From Lama glama (taxonomy: Eukaryota): 64,000 bases of DNA. The DNA is taken from positions 49,850,001 to 49,914,000 of the forward strand of contig CM052817.1 in NCBI GenBank assembly GCA_028534125.1, given 5' to 3'. The translations under genes were made by a program, and so were the position numbers. Shown piece after piece: positions 1-13,100 of the stretch. Under the pieces are notes generated by a model, which was not told the DNA's origin, did no database searches, and saw only the letters and a list, made by a program, of their open reading frames with translations. Position 1 is the stretch's first letter, and every line of letters begins with the position of its first letter.

Positions 1-640
1 CTCTGAAACTTTTCTCTTTTTGGATTTTAAAATACTTTCTTTGCCATATTTTCTTCTTCATTAGCTGCTTTTTCCAGCTGCCTTTGCTGGTTCCTTGTCA
101 TCTGTAGATCTGTAATTATAGGTGGCCCCCTCTGCCTTGTCTAGAGTCCTCCCCTCTTCTCCCTTCTCCATCTTTCCCCTTCCTTTTTCCTTCTCTCTCC
201 TCAGTCTATACTCTCTCTAACTTACTCATCCAAACTGTTTAAAAGCCATCCTCACTGATAACTCCAAAAAGGGAACTACTGATCTTTACCCCAAGACCTG
301 TTTCTCCCAGAGTCTTACCCATCTTAGTAAATAACACCAAAATCAGCCCAGTTGCTCAATCTAAAAACTCAACAAAGGAATACTCCTCTAGACCAACAAA
401 TCAGTACATTCTATTAACTTCACCACCAAAATATAACTTTAATTTATCTGCTTGTCTCCTGAATTGCAGCCCCTTTCATTTTTCTTGCCTGAGCTACAGC
501 TGCCTCCTAACTGGTTTCTTTTGTGTTTGCCTAACCTCCCTGTAATCTATTTTCCACACAGTAGCTAAAGTTGTCTTTAAAAAATAAAAATCAAATCACA
601 TCAGTTACCAGCTTAAAAACCTTCCAAAGACTTTCAAGCT
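1..640. mobile_element. Ancient L2 LINE fragments
   Basis: L2-like phrases (cccagttgctcaatctaaaaac, cctcctaactggtttc, aatctattttccacacagtagctaaag); boundaries approximate. Confidence 0.5.
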
Positions 641-1880
641 CATTCATATTTATGTAAAGATATAAACATAAAAAGAAAGGAAATCAAAAATTAAAACTTA
701 CATAAGTGGAAGAATAGGATCAAAACACATAAAATGGATTTTTTGAAGTACAGACTTCTTTTTTCTTTTCTGCTTATTTTTACCCATTCCTCCCTATCCC
801 TCTACACATATCTGCAAACTCCACTTAGAGTAATCCATATTAACAAAATAGTGTGTATCCTTCCTTATTCTCCTAACTAGATTCTACTTTTGAATACCAT
901 TTAATAGATTCTTTAATGACAAAAATTTATCTATTCTCTTTATTTGGAATAGGTAATTTATCTGATTTTATTTCTCCAGTTTGCTTTAAGTAAATAATGG
1001 TAACTGTTGGGGTTTTTTTTCCATTTTCTTGTCCTTATTTTTGCTGATTTACATTGTTTTTCATTCTATTTTTTCCCTCTTGAGAGTTTCAATATTCTTA
1101 GTTAATAGTTAACTGTCCTGGAACTCAAAGTTAGATAAGTATTCTTCTGTTATTAAAAAAGTTATTAGCACCATCAAAACACTATTTTCCTTACCTAACC
1201 CCATTTCCTTCCCCACTCCTAATAAGGCTTTTTAAAACTTATTTCCCCTCCCTCCCCTGCCTTCCTTTCCTATTCTTATAAGTAGGTTTTGCTGATATAG
1301 TACCTCAAGTTCTTAACTGTTGTTAGGATGTTTCTTAAAGTATGTTGCTTCTACTGCAAGCATTTAAATTACACATTTGTTGTATTGAACATACACACAC
1401 ACACACGCCCCCCTCATGTTTCATTGCTCAGTATTTTTTCCCTCTTCTCCTTCTCTTCTCCTCTATTGAGAGTTCAATTCTGATTTATATCTTGCTTTTC
1501 TAGAATATTTAGTCATGTATTTTTCTCAGTTGTGATATGTGAATGATATATTACTAAATTCTTGAATATCCATAAATATCTTTCTTTTACTCTAACTAGC
1601 GATTATATCTTGAGTGGGAATAGGATTGTTGAATTGTCAGCTTTTTCTCTCTGAGTATGAGGATATTATTCCACCAGCTTCCACCTTCAATGTGACAGAT
1701 GAGATATGATTCTATTTCTTCTATCGATATGTTTTTCCTTTGATATGGAAGTTTGTAGAGATGTTTCTTTGTATCTAAATTCAAAAATTCTCCTGATACA
1801 TCAAATCTGCCTAAAAATGTCTATCCCTTTGAATCTTCAGATTTTGATATTTATTTAACTCAAAAATTTTCTCCCACTAC

Positions 1881-1882
<2 letters not shown>

Positions 1883-1933
<51 letters not shown>
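1883..1933. repeat. (TTA)17 microsatellite
   Basis: Perfect TTA run of 51 nt. Confidence 0.97.
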
Positions 1934-1934
<1 letters not shown>

Positions 1935-3759
1935 ATTTCCTTCATCGTTTTCATTTTCTCTTTTCAAGGTCCTATTATTTGTAAGCACTTCTTCTGGAAC
2001 CATGATCTAAGTGTTTTGCTTATTTTCACTCATTGTTTTCTTCTTTTTAAATTTTACTGTTTTAAAATATTCATTCTATTTGGATCTCAAGAGGAACACT
2101 TACCTTTTTTAATTGACCCTCTAAATTTTCTAACTTATAAATTGTGGTTTTCAGTACCACATGGTCTTTTTCTGATGTGCCTGAATGTTCTTATGTGTGC
2201 TTTTTTTAGCCGTTGTTGTTAAGGTTGCGGTTTCCTCCAGAAGTTTTGTTTTGATGAGCACCTAATCTGTTACTTCCTTTCTCTGGCTGTTGGGTTTCTT
2301 TACTTGCTTTATCATTTTTCCTTGATGGCTTATTTGGGTCACCGTCTTGTTGTTGGAGGCAATCCTACAGGATGGAAAGGTGAGATGTTCTTAAATCCTG
2401 CTGTTCTTAAATCCACAGTCCAGTGCCAACTTTAGCCTGGGGCATCCACAAACCTCTGTTGGCCAAGATCTCCCCAGGGCCTGTTATGATTCTATCCATA
2501 CACAAACTCTCAGACAGCCCTCTAGGTTCTTCCCTGACCCATGGAAAAGAAGGTTTCTCATTACTGTCCTGTTTCCACGTTTCCTATAAAACCCAATTCC
2601 ACCTGGCCCCAGAAGAGCCAGAGTATTCAACTGGAAATAGAAGAAAAATACAGTAGTTTAGTTACCATCTTGTCAGGATTCCCTCATTCACTGTAATTAG
2701 GAATAAAATCTAAACTTATTACTGTGGCCAAATAAGGTCTCTGTAATCTCATCCACCTACTTGGGCAACCTCAATTTATACACTGACTCCCTTGCTCACT
2801 TTACTTGAGTTATGGCAACTTTGCTTCTATACCTCAAATACACCAATCTCATTCTTACTTAGGATCACATCACCTGCTGTTCACTCCATCTAGAATATTC
2901 TTCTCCCCTTGATTGTCAGCTTTACATCTTTCAGGGCTCATTCAAATGTCACCTCTTCAAAGTGGCCTCATTTGACCATTCAAATACTGTTCCCTGAATC
3001 ACTCCATTGTATTACTTTAACATTTTTATATCACCTAGCCCTGTGTCAAATTATCATATTTATATATTTATTTCTTGTTCTGCTTATTATCTGTCTCCTT
3101 CATTTAATCTCCAGGAAAGTATGGTTGTATCTAATTTGTTCAGAGTTTTATTTCAATAGATACTTACTGAATAAATTAACACATTCCAGTTGCTTTGGAG
3201 CAAGAGGAAATACATAAATTAAATCTTCATAATTCCAATAATGAATTATTGCTTTTGAAAGACTATCTTTGACAAAGTGAAAGTCATGGACAGTGCAACT
3301 TTTTGTCTGGCGCTCTGTGAAGGTCCTGCTGTGAGAAATCATCCATTAGAACAGCTGAGAAAATGATTCTTACATAAAATTTCTCTAAGATATCTACATA
3401 TCCTGCTTTGAGCCCATCAGTAGCCCCTAACTGAAGGAGCAGGGGAAATGGTTTGCAGTCCAGACATGAAGAGGGACTGCCATAGTACAGAACAGTTTTA
3501 GGAACATCTCCTTATGGGGACACTTCTGTTCAGTCTCATGCCATTGATGTTCAATAGAAGGCTGAACATGGAAGACAAATTCTATCAGTTGGACCTTTGA
3601 ATTGACACCTCTTCAAAAGGACTATTCTGCCCTATCATGTTACTATTAGGAAGCAAATATTTTTGCCTCACCTTGCCAGGTAATTTATGGATTTGCGGAC
3701 ATCTATGAGTTAATTGAACTAATATAAAGGTAATTTTCCCCCAAAATAACCACCTGTTT

Positions 3760-4734
3760 TTTTTTACATTTTTTATTGATTCATAATCATTTTACAGTGT
3801 TGTGTCAAATTCCAGTGTTCACAATTTTTCAGTCATTCATGGACATATACACACTCATTGTCACATTTTTTTCTCTGTGATTTATCATAACATTTTTTGT
3901 ATATTTCCCTGTGCTATACAGTGTAATCTTGTTTATCTATTCTACAATTTTGAAATCCCAGTCTATCCCTTCCCACCCTCTACCCCCGCCCCGGTAACCA
4001 CAAGTCTGTATTCTCTGTCCATGAGTCTATTTCTGTCCTGTATTTATGCTTTGTTTTTGTTTGTTTGTTTGTTTTTGTTTTTTAGATTCCACATATGAGC
4101 GATCTCATATGGTATTTTTCTTTCTCTTTCTGGCTTACTTCACTTAGAATGACATTCTCTAGGAGCATCCATGTTGCTGNNNNNNNNNNNNNNNNNNNNN
4201 NNNNNNNNNNNNNNNNNNNNNNNNNNNNNNNNNNNNNNNNNNNNNNNNNNNNNNNNNNNNNNNNNNNNNNNNNNNNNNNNNNNNNNNNNNNNNNNNNNNN
4301 NNNNNNNNNNNNNNNNNNNNNNNNNNNNNNNNNNNNNNNNNNNNNNNNNNNNNNNNNNNNNNNNNNNNNNNNNNNNNNNNNNNNNNNNNNNNNNNNNNNN
4401 NNNNNNNNNNNNNNNNNNNNNNNNNNNNNNNNNNNNNNNNNNNNNNNNNNNNNNNNNNNNNNNNNNNNNNNNNNNNNNNNNNNNNNNNNNNNNNNNNNNN
4501 NNNNNNNNNNNNNNNNNNNNNNNNNNNNNNNNNNNNNNNNNNNNNNNNNNNNNNNNNNNNNNNNNNNNNNNNNNNNNNNNNNNNNNNNNNNNNNNNNNNN
4601 NNNNNNNNNNNNNNNNNNNNNNNNNNNNNNNNNNNNNNNNNNNNNNNNNNNNNNNNNNNNNNNNNNNNNNNNNNNNNNNTGGGAGAGGGCGGCTTACAAG
4701 CGTCCTTCTACTCCGCCATCTTGCCTCTTCTCCC
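3760..4734 (-). mobile_element. LINE-1, probably full length; interior collapsed in the 500-N gap
   Basis: L1 3' end and AATAAA/poly(A) on the minus strand at 3760-4179. L1 5' start GGGAGAAGAGGCAAGATGGCGG (YY1 motif) on the minus strand at 4734-4713. Identical 15-bp TSD aataaccacctgttt at 3745-3759 and 4735-4749. Confidence 0.9.
4180..4679. other. Assembly gap (500 N)
   Basis: Run of N. Confidence 1.
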
Positions 4735-5024
4735 AATAACCACCTGTTTAACACACATTGTATATCTTTCTTAAGCGGGTCATGATCTGCAGAATTTTTA
4801 ACACTACGTATTTGAAGATATTTAGGAATTATTTAATTCCTAGGATGTGGTGGTAGTAAGATGAAACTGGTTTGGCCGTTTATGGCTAACTGGTGAGGCT
4901 GAATGGTGGATACATGGGGTTCACCATATACTAGACAGTTTTTGTATATTTGAAGTTCTCCACAATGAAAACTTAAAAATTAAAAAAGAAAACATAAGTT
5001 ATTATTTATTTTATTTTTTAACAG

Positions 5025-5092
5025 ATAAATGAAACATTTCATGAATCCGAACTAAGAAGACAGTATGTCAAATCTCATGTTGTCCAAGTAAG
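5025..5092 (+). CDS. TMPRSS11C: TMPRSS11C-like coding exon (SEA domain), INETFHESELRRQYVKSHVVQV
   Basis: ttttttaacag|ATA...AG|gtatgt, 68 nt; joins the next exon in frame; resembles mouse Tmprss11c MNETFHESKLRKQYVK as recalled. Confidence 0.88.
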
Positions 5093-6369
5093 GTATGTAA
5101 AACAGCCTGAGAGGCACAGGAATAAACTTTTCCTTTGCCTTCATATCTCATATTCAACAGACTATCTTTGCTTAGTATATAACTGAAAGGTTAAATTTAG
5201 GGCTTCAAAATGACTAGCATTTTCAAATGTGAAAAAAAGGAATTCAAGGTCTGTTGTAAAATTATTAAGCCAGAACCAAGAATTCTTGCTGATGGTGATT
5301 ATTGGGTAAAGGTTAAATGGGTTTACTTTTTGTTTGAAGGCACAAAGTCTAAAAGCAAATCTAAAATCAAGAGAAGGTGTCAGTGTGAGAATGGGTAAGA
5401 TAAGAGAGCTGTGTACAGAATCCCTGACCCAAGAGTAGCAGACTAGTGGCAGACAATGTGGAAAACCTTGCTTACAATCGTGGGTTAAATGTAAAAAGTT
5501 GGAAATTTCACATAAAAAGCAGAATTATCAGAATGTGTTAAAAAAAATCAAAAGATCTAACAACATAGGACCCACATTCCCACGTGGTAACAATATTCTG
5601 AAGTTGCACTGTTTGCAGCAGGCCCTAACATGCCCACAATGTATGCATATGTATTTACACCCAACCAACTTCACTCCTTTACCTTACCTTCCTGCCCTTC
5701 TAGAAATCCAATTCCACAGCTATTTTCTGGCAGCAAACATGTTTATCCAAACGCTAGTAAAGAACAGGCAACCCGTAACAGATATGAAAAAATAATAACC
5801 ACAAGCACAAATAGAAAAGTTACTATGCTTTGGAATAAACCCCTTCCTAAAACTAGAACTTGTACTATTTAATTTTCTTGATTGATTTTTAAATAATCCA
5901 TGCTCTTAACCGGAACCCCCAGAGAACTTTATTTAACCCATTTAACCTGATAGCAACCCTGTGTGATATGTATATATTAGTTTCTCATTTTGCAGAGGAG
6001 GAAATGGAAGCAAACGCAGGTTAAATGACTTGCCAAGGTCACACAGTTAATATGTAATAAAGCTGTAGTTGAACCCAAGCAGTCATATCTAGATTACTGC
6101 ATCAACTAGTCTAATCTTCAGCTTTTACTCCTTCTATTATGCATTCTCTACACAGCAACCAAAGTGAATTGGAAGAGGACATCATCCCCCTACTTAGCAT
6201 CCTCTGGCAGTTTCCCACAAATGCCACGCTCCTTATATAAGGCATTTGACCCGGCCCTGCTTCTCTCTGACTTCATCTCATAGCCTTGTCCTCATTCAGC
6301 ATTTGAAATCCACACAGACCTGATATTTTTCCTCCAATAAACATGCCAGAATTGTTCCCACCACAGGGC

Positions 6370-6650
6370 TGTCAAACCACAAATTGCACCAGAGTTGAAC
6401 AAACAAGGAAGATATTGTTTAAGGCTTTTACAACAGGGTAGAAAAGCCAGAATTAAATCCTAACTTCCTTGAAGCAGAGCACCATAGGGTTTTTAAAGGC
6501 TGGGGTGAAAGGGAGATCTTAGGCCATCTCGGTTTGCTAACTGGCTTTGCCCAAAGAAAAGTAAACTTTCCATAACTCTTCATTACAGGAGAACTAGCCC
6601 ACTCTTGGCAAATTGTCCCTCCACTAAAAAATTAATAAATAATAAACGAT
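6370..6650. mobile_element. Probable ERV LTR fragment
   Basis: Starts TGTCAAACC and has LTR-like composition interrupting L2-like sequence; family not assigned. Confidence 0.35.
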
Positions 6651-7128
6651 TCTCTCATCTTACCTTTTACATCTCATTTTGTTATTTGCTCTTGGCCCTT
6701 CCTACAAAGTCCATAGTGCAGTTATAATACATAGATACATTTATATTAATAATTTTTGCACAGCACTCTGAGATTTTTCACAATACCTCCACATGCATTA
6801 TCTTATATGGTGTTTACAATAACTCAGTCAACAATATTATAATATTATCATCTCCATTATAGAAATGAAAAGCCATCTCTATAATATACAGAGTACGATA
6901 CTCCATGCTGTAGTCAAGGAGCTGGCAAATAGTGAATCTGGAATACAAATTCAGTTCCCATTAAGTCTAGATCACACTGTCTTTACTGTTCACCATGTCC
7001 ATAAAGTGCCGTTTTCACTCCCTTGGGAGGAACTGGAATATCTGCCAGGAGCTCTGGTTAACAAAGGAGAGAATGACTCCACCAAGAATGATAAAAGCGT
7101 AATTTCTTTGTCTGTTTCTGTTCTGCAG

Positions 7129-7292
7129 CCGAGCCAAAGGAAAAGTGATAATACATGCTGTGCTGAAGTTTAAATCCTGTTATATAAATGGTGCGGCAAA
7201 ATTTTGGGATAGTGTTGAAACCATTTTACATCAGAAGTTAAAGGGCAAAACTGGGTCTTTGTGTATAGAATCTTCTTCATTTAAATTTTCAG
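7129..7292 (+). CDS. TMPRSS11C: TMPRSS11C-like coding exon (SEA domain), RAKGKVIIHAVLKFKSCY...SSSFKFS
   Basis: ttctgcag|C...TCAG|gtaagg, 164 nt, open in frame. Confidence 0.9.
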
Positions 7293-9894
7293 GTAAGGCT
7301 TTTTATGTACGATATGGAATGATTTTCATCTTTTAATTTGAATATGGTGTTTTGTTGTGCAAGTGAAGACAATACTTTTCTCTTTGAATATCATTTCATA
7401 TACAATAATACTGCTTTTAACCACTATTGAAGTAATCAAGGTCTAACTACATTAATCAATTTTTTGATGTAATATCATCCTTACAGTCTTAGAACTAAAT
7501 CTTACTTGATGATAGAGTTTGTTTTTGTTTTTTTTTTAATAATCAGGGTCCCAAATAACACTTCTTTGCAAAACAAAGCAGTCTTAAGCTCAGACTCTTC
7601 TGGCTTGTTCTGTGGGTTCTTGATTTTTCCCCAAGTTCTTTCAAATGTCTCAAGAATCTAGGCTTCTAAATTCCAGAATTGAGTCTGAATCGCTTTAACA
7701 TCAGACCTACTTCTTGATAGGCCTTTCATGGACTTCATCTCTCTCTTCCTATGTACAATCTATTTCTTATTCTTGGTCACCTAATAATACTGTGAAAGTT
7801 GGCTTCTGAAAGGTAGGGACAAACATCCTCGGTTCCCAGGATAATGAGTGTCTGCCTGGTCTTGATAAAAGCATAGCCAATGCTGGGCACAGCTAAGCAG
7901 TTCTACCTGGCTATCAGTTCTCTGTTACAACAAATTTGACCAAGGGCAGAAAAGTATTCCTACCCTATAGGAAGGACTAAAAGGACTGTGAAAAAAAAAA
8001 TCTAGGCCAAGTGTTCAATTGTCTGGAGCATCAAAAGAATAAAAAAAACTCATCATTCCTCAGGAATAGTAAATTGTTAACTAAACATACTGAGTTAACC
8101 ATTTAATCACCATGATCTTATGTCTTAAAAATTGTTCACATTTAAATCCTATGAGAATAATGGAAACACATTGATTTATAGACAGTTCAGCTTAAAACAT
8201 TTATAAATATTTCAGCCTTGCCAGGGTGTGTTGGCATGTTTTTGTTGAGAACAATTAAAATTGTTCACAGATAATTCCTATTTCCTTACAAATTGATTAT
8301 TACCCATGATCCTTTGGAGGAAAATCTTATAGAAAGAGGAGCACTATGTTGTTTAAAATGATTTCAAAATGCCGATTAATTTCCTTGGTATAGGACATTA
8401 GAGGATCTTAGCTTAAATGTCTGGTTTTAATTTAAACAGTGTTAAACATTAAAAAACATTAAACATTAAACAGTGTTACACATTAAAAAAACACTAAATA
8501 CTTTTGAGATACAGTCTGCTCACATATTCTGGTTCTCAAATACGCATAGAAAGCAATGTCTAAAATAGACTTTAGCATTAAAAACTGACATAGTATTTTG
8601 TAACTACACCATGTATGGAATTTTTTTTAATTGAAGTCAATCACTAAAAACAATTAGAAGGCAGGGTATATTCACACAATTAAGCTGAAGAAAGCACTAA
8701 ATTTTTCTGTATTCTATAATATATATATATTTTTTAGTCAGATTAAAGTTTTTTAAACTCTATGGAATGTAAATATATTTTGCTATTACTGTATGTGTGA
8801 GTGAGTGCTCAAACACTTTGTAAGGAAATTAAGATGTTTTAGAATGTTACACTATGCATCAAATGAAATGTGCCCTTATGTCACTTTAAGAAAAAGTGTT
8901 TTGCAGTCATAAATTATCACAAATTCACAAATTAAAGTTTAAGTTTAAAAAAAAATCAAAAAGCAAAACATAAACATGCTTCTTCTGGATAAAAAGCCCT
9001 CATGTTGTTGAAATGTGACTCTCCTCGGGTTACATCCGTCACTTTGTCTTAGAACCTTCCTTCTCACGTGGCTTATCCTACATGTGATGACCTCAGAAGA
9101 ACATAGAAATAAAGCAGCTGTTCAATTTATGGAGAATTTGCCACCAAAGATATATTTTTGGAAACTTACCTGCTAAAAACGTGAACTCACATAGTAAAGA
9201 AATGGCATTATATTCCTAGTATTCCTCCAAACGTTAAGAACATTATGTAGGATCCTAGGAAAATAGACTTTCTGGGGGTCTTTTCCAGATTTATGATTTT
9301 TCTCAATAGTTTTATTTATTACAGCACCATCCTACAAGTTTATGAAAAGCAATGACAATTATTAAGTGTAATACACCTAAGTATGGATGGTTCTTTGTTA
9401 TGACCTTAATTTCTACCCGTTGCCTAGAAACTCCCTGTCTCTCCTTCTTCACCCCTCACAGAAGCTAAGATGCCTTGTGACACTGGCAGGGGTTCACAGG
9501 TGCAGGAACAAACCCAGAAGCCAACGAGGCCAGGCCTCCAAAAGTACAGTGAAGTGCATTAAGACAAAAGCTCACATTCATGACAGCTCTTACTTAAAGA
9601 GATTATGAATCTTCATTGGTCACCACTTAAATAGATCTCTGGCTTAGGGATTTATGAAAGCTATTTAGATAGCCAAGGTTGCTGTCACAGCATCTTTTGA
9701 ATAGCCTGACCTTCTTATGCTGTCTGGTTAGTTCAGTTGCTTAGCACCTACTCCTAAGTATGTCAAGGTTGTATATTTCATTTTCATAGAAGCTGCTAAC
9801 GAAGAGGAAAAAGACATCACTGGCCAGAGTTGTTAGTTACAGTGAATGGCAGAATACAGCACCAGTGTTCCTATACTATGCCTAGAAAGAGGGG

Positions 9895-10100
9895 ATATAG
9901 AATAATGGTTAAGGTCACAGGTCCTGCTTATGAGATTTGAATCCCATGTCCTTTACATATTAGCTATGTGACTTTGGAGAAATTACTTGACATTTCTATT
10001 TCTCAGCTTAACCACCTTATAATGGAGATGATGATAAAAATAAAAAACAGTTCATACGGTTGTTGTGCGTATTTCAGTGACTTAATACACAGGACTGATA
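9895..10100. mobile_element. MIR SINE
   Basis: MIR core (tagctatgtgactttggagaaattacttgacatttct...aatggagatgatgata). Confidence 0.7.
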
Positions 10101-13100
10101 CAGAGCATTATTAATTGTTGGGTTTTTATCAGAAGAAAAAAAATACTCAAAATCTGTATCCTATGGATTGCAGGTTTGCAAGTCAACTATTTGCTATTAT
10201 TTGTTTTCATAGTCCTGCCCATACCCTCCCCCTAAATTTCAGGCTGCACCATGGGTGAGGGGGAAGGAACTGTGAGAACGGCCTTTCAAAGCACTAGTGC
10301 AGTAGAGCCAGCTCCACATCCCCATCCCCATCCCCATCGCCTCACCAAAAACAAATCACTTGATCTCACAGAGCCTTAGTTTCTTCGACTTTAAAAAAGG
10401 GGTTATAGTTCATATATTCATAGTGTTTTCTTCTGGGAAAAAATGAACACATACATAAATAAAGCTCTTAGCACAGTGCCTGGCATAGGGCAAGCACTCA
10501 ATAGATAGTAACCAAGACAGAGTTTCTTCTATATATACACTTTGCAAAAGAATATTTTTTCAGCCATCATGATAATTCTTCTGATAATTGTATGCTTTGT
10601 TCACTGTACAACCAACTGAACCTTAGGGAACATTTCTGTGTGCTTTTCATGTTTGGATTCAGAACAGGGAAATAGCTCATTTTGAAGAGTTTTTTTTTAT
10701 AAGCTTCAAGGATGAAATAAATCAATGCCAGTTGAACAAAGAGATAAAAATTATTACTTTTGTAGCAATACAAGTTAATCAACCAGAGCGTCCATTAACA
10801 TTTCAGCATGTAATAATTACACCTATTTCAGGAAGTTGTTTTATATAATTCTTAGTTATAATACTAAATCATTACCAGGAAAATTTTTAAATCACCTATT
10901 ATTGGCTTTATTTATTTATTGAAGAAATATGAACAACAATGCTATGGCCAGAAAATTTTAATAAAATTTTAGCTTATTAGTTATTATTGTATATTCTAAT
11001 ATTAAATTCATTTTCTTTTTCTGTGCACATATCAATTGATACTGGAGTGAGTATCTAAAAAGGGTTGTTTGATGATTTTTAGAAAGTTTGCCATGGATCA
11101 TCACAACTAATAAAGCAAAACCTCACAGGTTTCCACTTAGAATTTGTGTTCTCTATAACTGCCATGCATGTTAAGTTACTTACCCCAAATCAGTAGCAAA
11201 ATTAGCAATAGTAAATGGTTTACTAGTGTCTGGTCTAGATCAAATGAATGAAAATTCATTATTCATTGGACAGTGGATATTTGGAAGGCTTTAGAGTTGG
11301 AAAAGACCTTCAAAATCTCTGGTCTGGTTGCCTCACAGGTAAAGAAGATTCAGTGAAGTAAAGTGATTTGTCCTAACCCGTAAAATAAATAATGGGCATA
11401 CCCAAGACTTGAACCCATGTCTTTTGAATCTAAGTGTACTGTGCATTCTCTCCATTATTTTATGAATCAGTTTAGAACTGAGAGCTGCACTAAAAATCTG
11501 CTTAAGCTGCAGATTAAAGTTCCTAGTGAAAAAAAAAATCTGCTTTCTTTTTCCGAACTTGTAGTCAGTTATTTCAAATCTGAATCTTTTAAACTGTGTC
11601 CTCAGTTTTAACATTAATGAAGAAAGGATTTAAATCCATATCTAATTTAAAGAATCATTGAGAGGAGTTAAAATCAAATATTATGAAATACCAATTTTAA
11701 TAAACAATTATGAAGTATTTGTACAAGCACTTTGCTAGGCACTATGGGGAATTCGAAGAGAAAAAGTCTGGACAGCCTCACATAAATCAGTGAAGTTAGA
11801 GCACTCCCTCACAGCATACTCAAATTTTTCTTTTCTATTACTGATGAGTTGCATATAACTCTTTCTTTCCTGCATAAAATTGCTTAAAGTACAATATACT
11901 AAATGCCAATTTTAATGTTTTCTTCCCCTTAAAATTATTTCTGTTTCAATGATAAAATATGCTTTAAAAAGCTTTTATTAAAGCTCATAATGTGAGAAAA
12001 ATCAATAAGGGATTAGATAAGGCATTAAACATATTAATAGCTCTTTTTTTAAGAAGAAAAAAAAATATCTTTCCCAAGTCTGTCAACTCAGGCTACAAAG
12101 AAAATTAAAGATTTCAGGAATTTCTCCCAAAACAGTTTTTCTATTCTTTGTATCCTTTACATCCTTTGTCTCCTAAGTAGAATTTCCAGAGAAACACACA
12201 GGAGTCCTAGGTTGTACTGAGTAAGAAAAAAATAGTTGTGGTTTGTCTTTAATGACAACTTACATGTTCAATCTCAAAACCATGTAATTGTCATGGATTT
12301 ACTCATAAGTAATGCATAAAATAAGTCTATAAATTGTCATGGTTGTAACTGGATCTATTTACCACTTCCTGAATATTTTTATTTTTCTATATTTTTTTCA
12401 AAAATATATAGTTCCCAGAAGAATTTTTTACTGTAAAAAAAGATACATTTAAAACAAGCAACTTGAAATAAGTTCCAGAGAAAAAAATAATTTGTTCAGA
12501 ATGAACACATGAATATTACCAGGTGTTGGTTATTTTGCATCAAAAACTACTGTATGCAAATTGGCAAGGGACTCTGACGCTAAGGAATTACTTGAGAAGA
12601 GAGAGATATGAACGAAAGCTTCTTGGAGAAGCTGCCTCTTAAGATGAGTCGTAAAGACAGCAATGGGCATGAACTAAAAGAAATCCACAAAGAAATTCTC
12701 TTCTGGTTGCAACCTCAGAGCTGTACCATAAAAAGGCAGACTTCACAAGGTGTCTAGGTACCTGAGAGAGTCAAACTAGAAGCTTTCCAAACTTAAAGTG
12801 CTAATCCTAAATAGTAACTTCCTATTCAACATGTGTCCTCAAAAGGGCCCCTTAGAAACACAAGGATGGCATTTCAAAGGCATTACGACACGTTATCACT
12901 TACTTACATTATCCACTGCTCACTACATCAACATAACTGTCTAAAGATACTCCTCTGTACATGTCCTCTATTCATTATAATAATATTTTATACTGCTTCC
13001 AAAGATTAAAATCAACAATGGCTAAGTCATTGGAGAAGCATATATAATATCCAAATAAAAATAGAAATTTCTGATTTTACATACATCCTAAAAGAAACAT

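Noticed and set aside
4095..4785. Three ~200-aa ORFs in the track
   Set aside because: Artefacts of translating through the N gap.
1..5024. Upstream TMPRSS11C exons (TM segment and start of SEA)
   Set aside because: No convincing exon found by eye; the region is mostly old L1/L2, so these exons probably lie before the window.
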